A stretch of DNA of 64,000 nt, from NCBI GenBank assembly GCA_002269645.1, contig NIVC01002045.1, positions 124,001 through 188,000 on the forward strand. The letters are read 5' to 3'. Origin of the DNA: Macrostomum lignano. Taxonomy: Eukaryota. Every line of letters begins with the position of its first letter. Positions within the stretch are counted from its first letter, which is position 1. Shown here in pieces: positions 19,122 to 31,893 of the stretch. The position numbers and the translations under genes were made by a program. The notes beneath the pieces are model-generated. The model worked only from the letters and a program-made list of their open reading frames with translations. It had not been told where the DNA came from and ran no database searches.

Positions 19122-22100
19122 TCAGGCAAACATCACTCTTCGGCCGGGTTGCAGTGCAGTTGGCGAAGCAGCAGATTCGCCGCCTACTACTGACAGTAGC
19201 GAAGGCCGCACCCTGTCCAGAGCGGCCAGCAGCTCGGACTGTCCATAGCAGCAGCTGTCAGCGCTGGCCTCGGCAGCGGCTGCCAGCAGCAGGGCGTTAA
19301 AATCGGCCGAGCAGAAGCCCTCAGTAGAATCGGCGATGCGGTCAAGCAGCTGCTCCTTGTCGGCGAGTTCAGCGAAGCCGTCGGCAGTCAGCAGCGAGTC
19401 GATGATGCTCCGACGATCTTCGCGTCCGGGCAGCTGGCAGACGGCGCGCAGGCCGATGCGGCCGGGACGGAGCAGGGCGGGGTCGACGAGGTCCGGCCGG
19501 TTGGTGGCGGCCAGGAGGGCCACCCCGGCCAGGCCGTCCGAGTCCAGGCCGTCCAGCTCGGTGAGCAGCTGATTGACAACTCGGTCGGTGACGCCGGTGC
19601 TGTCGTTGCCGCGTCTGGGCGCCAGGGCGTCCACCTGGGGGGTTGAGGATTGGAAAGAGTGAACAGGCGTTGGGCTGTTCAAAGACTTCAATGTTCACTT
19701 CATGACCCGTACAGCCTTTGGTGTACACTACTTGACCAGTACAGCCTTTGGTGTACACTAATGACTCGTACAGCCTTTGGTGTACACTACAAGACCAAAG
19801 ACCCGTACAGCCTTTGGTGTGCACTACATGACCCGAACAGCCTTTGGTGTGCACTACATGACCCGAACAGCCTTTGGTGTGCACTACATGACCTGTACAG
19901 CCTTTGGTGTGCACTACATGACCCGTACAGCCTTTGGTGTGCACTACATGACCCGTACAGCCTTTGGTGTGCACTACATGACCTGTACAGCCTTTGGTGT
20001 GCACTACATGACCCGTACAGCCTTTGGTGTGCACTACACGACCAGTACAGCCTTTGGTGTACACTAATGACCCGTACAGCCTTTGGTGTACACTACAAGA
20101 CCAAAGACCCGTACAGCCTTTGGTGTGCACTACATGACCCGAACAGCCTTTGGTGTGCACTACATGACCCGAACAGCCTTTGGTGTGCACTACATGACCT
20201 GTACAGCCTTTGGTGTGCACTACATGACCCGTACAGCCTTTGGTGTGCACTACATGACCTGTACAGCCTTTGGTGTGCACTACATGACCCGTACAGCCTT
20301 TGGTGTGCACTACACGACCAGTACAGCCTTTGGTGTACACTAATGACCCGTACAGCCTTTGGTGTACACTACAAGACCAAAGACCCGTACAGCCTTTGGT
20401 GTGCACTACATGACCCGAACAGCCTTTGATGTGCACTACATGACCCGTACAGCCTTTGGTGTGCACTACATGACCCGTACAGCCTTTGGTGTGCACTACA
20501 TGACCCGTACAGCCTTTGGTGTGCACTACATGACCCGTACAGCCTTTGGTGTGCACTACATGACCTGTACAGCCTTTGGTGTGCACTACATGACCCGTAC
20601 AGCCTTTGGTGTGCACTACACGACCAGTACAGCCTTTGGTGTACACTAATGACCCGTACAGCCTTTGGTGTACACTACAAGACCAAAGACCCGTACAGCC
20701 TTTGGTGTGCACTACATGACCCGAACAGCCTTTGATGTGCACTACATGACCCGTACAGCCTTTGGTGTGCACTACATGACCCGTACAGCCTTTGGTGTGC
20801 ACTACATGACCCGTACAGCCTTTGGTGTGCACTACATGACCTGTACAGCCTTTGGTGTGCACTACATGACCCGTACAGCCTTTGGTGTGCACTACACGAC
20901 CAGTACAGCCTTTGGTGTACACTAATGACCCGTACAGCCTTTGGTGTACACTACAAGACCAAAGACCCGTACAGCCTTTGGTGTGCACTACATGACCCGT
21001 ACAGCCTTTGGTGTGCACTACATGACCCGTACAGCCTTTGGTGTACACTACACGACCAGTACAGCCTTTGGTGTACACTAATGACCCCACAGCCTTTGGT
21101 GTGCACTACATGACCCGTACAGCCTTTGGTGTGCACTACATGACCCGTACAGCCTTTGGTGTGCACTACATGACCCGTACAGCCTTTGGTGTGCACTACA
21201 TGACCTGTACAGCCTTTGGTGTGCACTACATGACCCGTACAGCCTTTGGTGTGCACTACACGACCAGTACAGCCTTTGGTGTACACTAATGACCCGTACA
21301 GCCTTTGGTGTACACTACAAGACCAAAGACCCGTACAGCCTTTGGTGTGCACTACATGACCCGTACAGCCTTTGGTGTGCACTACATGACCCGTACAGCC
21401 TTTGGTGTACACTACACGACCAGTACAGCCTTTGGTGTACACTAATGACCCCACAGCCTTTGGTGTGCACTACATGACCCGTACAGCCTTTGGTGTGCAC
21501 TACATGACCCGTACAGCCTTTGGTGTGCACTACATGACCCGTACAGCCTTTGGTGTGCACTACATGACCTGTACAGCCTTTGGTGTGCACTACATGACCC
21601 GTACAGCCTTTGGTGTGCACTACACGACCAGTACAGCCTTTGGTGTACACTAATGACCCGTACAGCCTTTGGTGTACACTACAAGACCAAAGACCCGTAC
21701 AGCCTTTGGTGTGCACTACATGACTCGTACAGCCTTTGGTGTGCACTACATGACCCGTACAGCCTTTGGTGTACACTACACGACCAGTACAGCCTTTGGT
21801 GTACACTAATGACCCCACAGCCTTTGGTGTGCACTACATGACCCGTACAGCCTTTGGTGTGCACTACATGACCCGTACAGCCTTTGGTGTGCACTACATG
21901 ACCCGTACAGCCTTTGGTGTGCACTACATGACCCGTACAGCCTTTGGTGTACACTACATGACCCGTACAGCTTTTGGTGTACACTACATGACTCGCACAA
22001 AGAATTTAAGGTACACTACATGACCCACACAAAGACTTTGATCTACACTGCATGCCCCGCATAAAGACTTTGACGTACAATTACATGACCAGCACAAAGT

Positions 22101-25100
22101 CTTTAATGTACTCTAAATGACCCGTAAAGGCCATGATATGCAGACCCGTACAAAGACTTTGAGGTCCATCTACTTCTTGACGCGTAACAGACTTTGATCT
22201 ATCCCCTATCAAACAGGCGCAGACAATCATACACACCTCGTCCAGAAACACCAGACACGGCTGCAGGCGTCGAGCTTTAGCGAACAGATCGCGCACCGCT
22301 CGCTCGCTGGCGCCAACAAATTTGCTGAGCAGCTCCGGTCCGCGCACGGCCAGCAGACGGAGACGGAGGTGGCGGGCCAGCGCCATGACCAGCATGGATT
22401 TGCCGCAGCCAGACGGTCCAGTCAGCAACACGCCAGCGGTGGCAGCGGCGCCGCCGCGTACGCGCTGGACTAAGCGCGGGAATCGCAGCGGCCAGATGAT
22501 GGCGCGCTCCAACACAGCTTTGGCCGAATCCAGGCCGCAGATCTGAGCGCGATCATTTTGACAGATTTTTGTAGATGACAAGACTGGCTTTTAGTGGGTG
22601 TTTATAGCTACTCTTAGAGGGTGTTTATAGCTACCGTTAGTGGGTGTTTATAGTTAATTTTAAGTGGGTGCCTATAATAGATATGTGTTTTAAGAGCAGA
22701 GTTTCAGTGGGTGTTTATAGCTACTCTCAGTGGGTGTTTATAGCTACCCTTATTAGGTGTTTATAGCTACTCTTAGTAGGTGTTTATAGCTGCTCTTTGT
22801 AAGTTTATAGTCACCTTTAGTGGGTGTTTGGAGTTACTTTTAGTGGGTGTTTATAGCTACTCTCAGTAGGTTTTTACGCTCGTTTAAGCTACTTTTAGTG
22901 GGTTTTTAAATCGGATGCTAGGTGTTCAGAACAGACTTTCAGTGGGTGTTTATAGCTTACCATCATTGGGTGTTAATGGCGATTGTTACATGGTTTATAG
23001 CGCATATTAAAGCTTGTAGCTTGTAGCGGAGTTATGTAGCTCCTAGCTCCTTACCTGGTCATACTCAAGCGGCAGCTGAGCCCTAGCCGGATTGCACTCA
23101 TCCCTGGCCTGCCTGACAGCGCCCAGAGCCACTTCCAACTGAAGCCTGGCGGCAGTGTCCGGGCTGCAGTATTCCAGAATCCGCTTGCACCTGGCGAACT
23201 CGCCCAGCGTCAGCTGCCGGCTAGCGGAGTCGGCGCCATCAGCGGAGAGCGTCAGCAGCCGGCGCATGTCACCGGTGGGCGACAGGCGGATGTCCAACTG
23301 GCTGTCCGTGTCAAAGAGGCACTGACCGGCTGCCGAATCAATCAGCTGAGAATTTATAGGGCCGCCTGCAGTGGCCAGCAGCATTAAGCCGGGCTGGTGG
23401 CGAGCCCATTTCAATAGGCTGCGAATCAGGTGGCACAGGCGAACCAGCTGGACCTGATGGGCGGTTGCCAGGGGAGTAGGCAGCATAGCTTGAATCTATC
23501 ACAGGCAATTGTCGGTGCGCATAGGCCTGCTGCTTTCAAAATTGAGCAATGGGCCAGACTGGCATGCAGTGAAGCGAATCGTCAGGCCCTCACAAACACA
23601 CGCGCCTGCTAGGCTCAGACTGTACATTTGGTGCCCCGCTAGCTACTAGAAAAATGTGCAGAGTGCGCGCTTATCTATTAAAGCAGGCATAATTACAGAC
23701 AGTGTACGCAGCTGCCAGGGGCAGGTAAACAGTGAAGACATTTAGCGAGTAGCTTACTACTGCCTCAGGGGTCACACACTGCAACGATAACAGATTCCGA
23801 CAGGCGGCATTCGGGTTTGATTTGACCGCCGGCTTTAACACTTAGCAGTATATCTAGACTTTTATTCATAAAGCTGAGTCGATCAAAAACTTTTTTCACG
23901 GCAGTGGGGAAGCATTTTATCACATTTTTATAAACCTAATTTACTAAACGAAAATCTTTCTAAATCAATAGAGCTATAGGAATGGCACAACATATCAAAA
24001 GATGAACACTGGGTCTGCCTCCTATCGAAAGCAATAACAGTTTTCTGTGCTGAAAAATGAGGACTTCCAATCTCCGTAGTGTCTTTTTCGGCGAGAACCA
24101 GCCTCATAAACATCTAAGAAACGTAGGAAACGTCATCTACTTGAGGAGTCCTTGATTTTTTTAATATTGGAGTTCTTGTAGAGGACTATGGCAACTGAAA
24201 AAAAGCTCAGACTGCAGGCTACCGAATTACACGAATCGAGTCCGGGACCCAGACAAAAAATCTCCGAATGCTATTGCTACCTCTGCGCCGGTGCCGACTT
24301 GGCCGTCTTCAACTGGCGCGCAGGCAGCGTCCAGGTTGTCCAGCAGCAGGCCAGCGGGCGCCCGGGCCGCGGCAAGGCGGGCCGACCGCCACAGCCGCCT
24401 GCGCGCCGATGCGAACTCCAGCCGGGCCAGCCGACGGCAGTCCACGGCGTCGCCGGCGTGGAAGCCGTTGCGACGCAGCCGCGACGCGAACCGACACAGT
24501 AGCGCCGTTTTGCCTGAGCCGCCGCCGCCACCGCTGCTGTCATCTCGAAACAGAGTCAGGCAGCTCAGCCTGCTGGGACCGGCCACGGCCGCGGTGAACT
24601 GGCGAAACAGCTGACTGACTAGCGGCTCCAGGGCGTCAGCCAGCCAGTCTGGCAGCTGTTCGTTGTCGCCACCATCGCCATCTTGATCATTGACAGCGGC
24701 TGACTCAACTGTCGAGATGCCCAGCCGGGGTCCCAATTCGCGGCATAGGAGAGCGAATGGCAACTGAGGCGGCTGCTGCTGTTTGGCACTGCTCGGGTGG
24801 AAAATCAGCTCGGTCAGGCAGGCGTGATGGACACCGCTGTCTTCTGAAGCCAGTTTTTGTTTTCTTCTACTTTTTATGATCATACACTGGCTGCCGCTAC
24901 CCTCCTGTGGGTCATACACTGGCTGCCGCTACCCTCCTGTGGGTCATTTAGTGGCTGCCGCTACCCTCCTGTGGGTCATTTAGTGGCTGCCGCTACCCTC
25001 CGGTGGGTCATTTAGTGGCTGCCGCTACCCTCCTGTGGGTCATACACTGGCTGCCGCTACCCTCCTGTGGGTCATACACTGGCTGCCGCTACCCTCCTGT

Positions 25101-28100
25101 GGGTCATTTAGTGGCTGCCACTACCCTCCTGTGGGTCATTTAGTGGCTGCCACTACCCTCCTGTGGGTCATTTAGTGGCTGCCGCTACCCTCCTGTGGGT
25201 CATTTAGTGGCTGCCGCTACCCTCCTGTGGGTCATTTAGTGGCTGCCGCTACCCTCCTGTGGGTCATTTAGTGGCTGCCGCTACCCTCCTGTGGGTCATT
25301 TAGTGGCTGCCGCTACCCTCCTGTGGGTCATTTAGTAGCTGCCGCTACCCTCCTGTGGGTCATTTAGTGGCTGCCGCTACCCTCCTGTGGGGCATACACT
25401 GACTGCTGCTACCCTCCTGTGGGTCATTCAGTGGCTGCCGCTACCATCCTGTGGGTTATTCAGTGGCTGCCGCTACCATCCTGTGGGTCATTCAGTGGCT
25501 GCCGCTACCATCCTGTGGGTCATTCAGTGGCTGCCGCTACCCTGCTGTGGGTCATACACTGGCTGCCGCTACCATCCTGTAGGTTATTCAGTGGCTGCCG
25601 CTACCATCCTGTGGGTTATTCAGTGGCTGCCGCTACCATTCTGTGGGTTATTCAGTGGCTGCCGCTACCATCCTGTGGGTTATTCAGTGGCTGCCGCTAC
25701 CCTGCTGTGGGTCATACACTGGCTGCCGCTACCATCCTGTGGGTCATTCAGTGGCTGCCGCTACCCTGCTGTGGGTCATACACTGGCTGCCGCTACCATC
25801 CTGTGGGTTATTCAGTGGCTGCCGCTACCATCCTGTGGGTTATTCAGTGGCTGCCGCTACCATTCTGTGGGTTATTCAGTGGCTGCCGCTACCATCCTGT
25901 GGGTTATTCAGTGGCTGCCGCTACCCTCCTGTGGGGCATACACTGACTGCCGCTACCCTCCTGTGGGTCATTCAGTGGCTGCCGCTACTATCCTGTGGGT
26001 CATTCAGTGGCTGCCGCTACCATCCTGTGGGTCATTCAGTGGCTGCCGCTACCCTGCTGTGGGTCATACACTGGCTGCCGCTACCATCCTGTGGGTCATT
26101 CAGTGGCTGCCGCTACCCTGCTGTGGGTCATACACTGGCTGCCGCTACCCTCCTGTGGGTCATTCAGTGGCTGTCAAGCAATATAAAATCCAAATTAAAG
26201 ACACAACTATAACAAATAATATTAATAGACTCACCGGTAAAGGCGAGCTTTCTATTGCCCAAAATCAAGGCCGGATTATCAGCTGTTCTTGTCCTGATAA
26301 ATCCCTCCAGCGCCTGTTTGGCAGCCTGATAAAGGAAACGAGAATTGAAACACGGTCTGGATTATAAACAGAAGCATTTGACGGGAATTATATAAATGGC
26401 AGTCAGTCTCGCAAGTCTAACAAGCACACAATCTCTCATACAAAAACACACATGTGAGCACAGCACTAACATGCAATTTGTCGGCTTTGCCAGACAATCG
26501 AAGCTCTTTTAAACGAATGCAGCCTTTGATTAAATCTGAGGTGACATCGGAGCCGGCGGTCTCGGCCTGAAGGACACGAGGCTTGACCAGCCGCAGCCAG
26601 GAGCCGCAGGCGATGCCAAGGGCAGCGGCGCAGGCTGGGGTCAACTGGAGACAGTCCGCAGGCACGGAGTCGCAGGGCAGCAGCTTCAACAGCAGAGGGC
26701 CGCCAGCTTTGGCTGATGACTCATCCATCACGGCTGACTCTTGCGGTCCTAACAGCTGGACTTCGACCAGGCACCAGCTGGCACTGCGGCTGCCGCCGGC
26801 TGACCGCAGGTGGCGCGGACTGACGAGGCCGCAGTTTGGCTCGGCGATGCGGTCGGAGGCTTCGGGAACTGCGCGAGCCTGCGGTTTTGAGTTTGAGACG
26901 TGCAGGCTTGATCATAATTTAAGGACTTTTGAATAGCAAAAAGCATGGTTTCGTGTTTTGTGTTACAGTGTGTCAGTGACGCATCAGCTTTCTTTTTGTG
27001 TCATAGCGTGTGTCAGTGACGCATCAGCTTTCTTTTTGTGTCATAGCCTGTGTCAGTGACGCATCAGCTTTCTTTTTGTGTCATAGCGTGTGTCAGTGAT
27101 GCATCAGCTTTCATTTTGTGTCATAGCGTGTGTCAGTGACGCATCAGCTTTCTTTTTGTGTCATAGCGTGTGTCAGTGACGCATCAGCTTTCTTTTTGTG
27201 TCATAGCGTGTGTCAGTGACGCATCAGCTTTCTTTTTGTGTCATAGCGTGTGTCAGTGATGCATCAGCTTTCATTTTGTGTCATAGCGTGTGTCAGTGAC
27301 GCATCAGCTTTCATTTTGTGTCACAGCGTGTCAGTGACGCATCAGCTTTCATTTTGTGTCACAGCGTGTGTCAGTGACACATCAGCTTTCATTTTGTCAC
27401 AGCGTGTGTCAGTGACACATCAGCTTTCATTTTGTGTCACAGCGTGTGTCAGTGACACATCAGCTTTCATTTTGTGTCACAGCGTGTGTCAGTGACGCAT
27501 CAGCTTTCATTTTGTGTCACAGCGTGTCAGTGACGCATCAGCTTTCATTTTGTGTCACAGCGTGTGTCAGTGACACATCAGCTTTCATTTTGTCACAGCG
27601 TGTGTCAGTGACACATCAGCTTTCATTTTGTGTCACAGCGTGTGTCAGTGACACATCAGCTTTCATTTTGTGTCACAGCGTGTGTCAGTGACACATCAGC
27701 TTTCATTTTGTGTCACAGCGTGTGTCAGTGACACATCAGCTTTCATTTTGTGTCACAGCGTGTGTCAGTGACGCATCAGCTTTCATTTTGTGTCACAGCG
27801 TGTGTCATGACACACCAGCTTTTATTTTGTGTCATAGCGTGTAATGACACCAGTTTTCATTTTGCGTCATAGTGAGTGTCATGACAAACTGTAAACATGG
27901 AGTCTGCAGACTTGTGCAGCTTCTCTGGGTCAGAGGCTCAGCAGTGTAAAAGGTCCGGTAGCGATGTTGGTATTTGAACTGACGCCAGCTGGCATCCTGA
28001 GTTTGGCATTCCCGTGGAATATCAAGACAGTTTATTTAGCTTTCACAAGCTCGAAATGTCCATCAACTCACCTGTAGCAGCAGCGGGCGATGGTAACTCG

Positions 28101-29379
28101 GCCTTGAGCTGCTCGCAGGCGACACTCCAGCCGGTCCGTTCGTCAGCTGGCCGACGCAACGTCTGCAGGCGGCCCGCAGCCGCAGCAGCTGGCCGATGCC
28201 CAGGCCGTGGCCAATCAGCCAGCGGCAGACAAAATCCGCCAGCTTCCACAGAATGCCGGGCAACCAAGCTGGCCGGACTGCGGAGTCTTCATCACCAGCA
28301 ACTGGCAATGCGGCCTCTTCTGCTGCAGGCTCTGCTTCTGTTGGCGAATTTCCTGGCGTTGCCAACCCGTTGCCAAGGCCAACAGCTCGTCCGCCGCTGA
28401 ATTGACCATGCTGACGGCAGTTCAAATGCAGCGTAGTGCTGATGCCCAGCCGGCCGAATTTGTTCTCAATGCTGATTGGATGAAAGTTTTCCACTGTGCA
28501 GTACACCAGCTGGCCGCCGCACCACACTGGCAGCTGCATGCCGAGGTACACGAATGAGCACTGCAGCAGGAAGCCCTGCTCAAGCTCTGCCTCGCATTTG
28601 CGCTGCAATGCAGGGTTTGTGAGGATTTTTTATCTTTGAACCTCACAGGTACTTCAGTGTGTTTCTATCCCTGATGCTCACAGGTACTTCAGTGTGTTTC
28701 TATCCCTGATGCTCACAGGTACTTCAGTGTGTTTCTATCCCTGATGCTCACAGGTACTTCAGTGTGTTTCTATCCCTGATGCTCACAGGTACTTCAGTGT
28801 GCTTCTATCCCTGATGCTCACATGTACATGTGGTTGCTAAAACTTGAACCCGGAGAATTTAGACTTTGGCATATAACTTACCAAAACATCCAAATCGAAT
28901 GATGTCGCATCTAATGACACTGAGGATAGCAATGGAACAGTGCTAGGATCAATAACAGTCAGGGTTACCTGAAGTATCGATAAAAAATATATACTTAGTA
29001 TAAACAGAAGGCTAATGTAATTTAGACAAGAAAATAGCTGTTTAATTAATCTTACAAAGTCATCAGCGTTTAAGTGAAGTTTCTTGAACAAATAGTTAGG
29101 GATGCTTAGAACTGAAGATGGCACAGTGCCAACACAGGCTACAGAGCATGCCACGAATGCTGGCACTTTAGCATCAATGGATGCATACACAATCTGCAGT
29201 GTTAATATTTAATTGATGTAGTAAAAAATCAATGACTTGATAAGTGCATACAATATTGTTTCAAAACTCACCCCATTTTTAACAAGACTGGCTGAAATAT
29301 GTTGACTAGAACTGAGCTTGCATGTACATGTTTTTTCATAGTTAGTAGATACTTTGACATTGCTAATTATCATAATCAT
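19122..29379 (-). CDS. PEX1: Peroxisomal AAA+ ATPase PEX1 (10 exons: 29379-29272, 29193-29056, 28968-28882, 28602-28072, 26878-26471, 26325-26235, 24843-24281, 23453-23055, 22542-22237, 19634-19122)
   Basis: PEX1-N-like segment ([22 protein letters not shown]...FGRL). D1 has GSGKT and LLLDNLD. D2 has [27 protein letters not shown]|[29 protein letters not shown] and LLRPGR. C-terminus GRRVMFA. Phases consistent. The first exon is less certain. Confidence 0.93.
19700..22025. repeat. 30-bp minisatellite TGACCCGTACAGCCTTTGGTGTGCACTACA with higher-order blocks, PEX1 intron 9
   Basis: About 77 copies with periodic variant units. Confidence 0.98.
22590..22965. repeat. Degenerate 23-bp repeat AGTGGGTGTTTATAGCTACTCTT, PEX1 intron 8
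   Basis: Recurrent GGGTGTTTATAG core. Confidence 0.85.
24885..26172. repeat. 32-bp minisatellite GGCTGCCGCTACC(C/A)TCCTGTGGGTCATT(T/C)AGT, PEX1 intron 6
   Basis: About 40 copies. Confidence 0.98.
26965..27885. repeat. 40-bp minisatellite GTGTGTCAGTGAC(G/A)CATCAGCTTTCATTTTGTGTCACAGC, PEX1 intron 4
   Basis: About 23 copies. Confidence 0.97.
28643..28822. repeat. 35-bp tandem repeat CACAGGTACTTCAGTGTGTTTCTATCCCTGATGCT, PEX1 intron 3
   Basis: 5 copies. Confidence 0.95.
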
Positions 29380-29722
29380 GCAATATAGACCATGAGTTAA
29401 AAATATATTTGTTTGGCTTTTATTGTAATCATTAGTGTTTAATATGTACTTAAATTTTTATATCACATTAGAGACATAAAAAAATGGAAAATCACTAGAC
29501 AACAAATAAGATAGCTATCTTGACTTTGTTTTTGTCTTTGCAAAATCTTAATAACTTTTGTTTTGATCCTAATAAAAAGATGGCAACAATATTTTGAGAC
29601 TAGATTTGAGAAAATTCTTTTTCATAGTAATTTAGATATCCATTTATTTAAATATTGAATAAACATTTTGGTTAAAAAATATTAAAATAAATCATAAAAC
29701 AAATTTCATTTTAATACAGTAC

Positions 29723-31026
29723 TGAGGCGGAAGGCCTTATAGTTTCAATAGATGGAATGGCAGCCAAGAATTTGCGCTGCTTTGCGCGTATATTTATATT
29801 ACAAAAAGCGCGAGATTATTGAGGGGCCTAGGGAGGTGCGCACATGTGGCGTGGCGTGATTGGCTACGCCAACCCTCCTGGCTTAGCGAGCCGGCTAGCG
29901 CGGTGCGCCACCACCCCACCTCAGCTAAACAGAGGTTGGTGGGGGGGGGTTTCCAGTGCGGCTGCACTGGTGCTGCCGGTCGCGTAGTCTGGCCGCCACA
30001 CAGCTCCCCCCAGCACCGAGCTAGACCACGAACGTCGGGTAGTAGCCGAGGCAGCGAGAGCGCCGAGGAGCGGGCGCCGAAGGCGGCGGGGGCGCGAGGC
30101 GGGCGCCGAAGGCAGCAGAGCGCCGATGGCAGCAGGTCGCCGAACGGGCGCCGAGCGGTCGCCGAGCGGTCGCCGGGCGGGCGCCGAAGGCGGCAGGGGC
30201 TCGAGGCGGGCGCCGAAGGCGGTGGGGCGCCAGGAGGGCGCCGAAGGCAGCAGCAGGGCGCCAGGCGGGCGCCGAAGGCAGCAGCAGGGCGCCAGGCGGG
30301 CGCCGAAGGCAGCAGGGCGCCAGGCGGGCGCCGAAGGCAGCAGGGGCGCGCGGCCGGACCACACCCGAGGCAATCGACAGTCAGTTGCCGCCGTGAGCCG
30401 GATCGATGCTCCTGCACAGAGGCTGGGGACGTTAGGCTAGCAGCAGCGGTGCTAACCTAGAAGTAGCTGCAGCGTGTGGCGCTGGTTGGTCCAACGCGGG
30501 GGCCGAAAGGCGAGACCCCAGGAGCTACCGGGGGCGGGCTGACTGGGCCGATTCGTGCTGCTGGGCTGCGGTGCTGCTGTGCTGCGGTGCTGCGGTGCTG
30601 CTGTGCTGCAGTGCTGCTGTGCTGCGGTGCTGCTGTGCTGCTGTGCTGCTGTGCTGCTGTTGCAGTCGGCCAAGGCGGTTGGCTGCCAGGACCGCACAGG
30701 GCCGACCAGGTAGGCCCAGCGTTCCGCGCTGGGAGTCGGGCTCACCAATGAGGCGGAAGGCCTTATAGTTTCAATAGATGGAATGGCAGCCAAGAATTTG
30801 CGCTGCTTTGCGCGTATATTTATATTACAAAAAGCGCGAGATTATTGAGGGGCCTAGGGAGGTGCGCACATGTGGCGTGGCGTGATTGGCTACGCCAACC
30901 CTCCTGGCTTAGCGAGCCGGCTAGCGCGGTGCGCCACCACCCCACCTCAGCTAAACAGAGGTTGGTGGGGGGGGGGGGTTTCCAGTGCGGCTGCACTGGT
31001 GCTGCCGGTCGCGTAGTCTGGCCGCA
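29723..31026 (-). mobile_element. Non-autonomous LTR retroelement (TRIM-like): ~278-bp LTRs at 30749-31026 and 29723-30000
   Basis: Two near-identical direct repeats with TG...CA termini on the minus strand. PBS TGGTGAGCCCGAC (30735-30747) follows the 5' LTR and PPT GGGGGGAG (30004-30011) precedes the 3' LTR. The 750-bp GC-rich interior has no recognisable gag/pol. TSD not found. Confidence 0.85.
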
Positions 31027-31893
31027 GTCTGGCCGTAGTCTGACCAAATTATAGATAACCATTAACATAGCAATAATAAAATATTTAAATAAATTATTGT
31101 TATCTAAAAAATACCTTGTTCAATGCCTCGAAAAAATACATTTAAAAGCACTAATAATTTCAACTTTGTCCAAATACTAATAGCTTAGTTAGGGACTGAA
31201 TAAATTATTATGTATATAGCATTTTCATAGAAAATAGTATACCATATTTAGTTTTCATGGCTACTTTTGTGACACAAAATTTGGTTTGTTTATTCATTGC
31301 AAGGTGGGTCTAAGATCTATTTCATTAAGTTCATTAGTCTCAATAGTAGATTAATTTTGCATTTGTTTTTTATGAGATATTATAATTAACCTTTTATCTA
31401 GTTAAATTAGATATTAATTAATAAAAATATTTTGTTACTAATTTTTACAAAGTCACTCAAAGTCAAATAGCCTTTTTGTTAAAATTTTGGTATAAATTTT
31501 TAGGAAACTTTATTTTAAGATAAAGCTTTTATTCTAGTATGCAATACTACATTATCTTGATTCTAGCTTGTGGACCTTAGATAGAAAAGAACAAATGAAA
31601 AATGGACTAAGAAAAAAGTATAGACTAGAAAGTTAAAAAATTCTTTGAAAGACTCTAATATTAATAAGATTTTGAAAGTTATTTTTTATTAATATTTTAT
31701 TCTAATTGGTATCTTATTTGCTTAAAGTTAAATAAAGATATCTCAATATTGAAAATTGGTAAAATTAAATAAGTTACAAAAAATTTTGTATCTTGAAATT
31801 CATTTAGTTAAGAAAAGATTTTTGTTGCAACATATAAATATATTATTAACTTTACAAGCTGGCTAGACCCTGGGAAAGAATATGGCTTAACCT

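Noticed and set aside
29794-30793. Ala/Arg/Pro-rich ORFs as gag or a cellular gene
   Set aside because: They arise from GGGCGCCGAAGGC and GCTGT repeats and have no recognisable domain.
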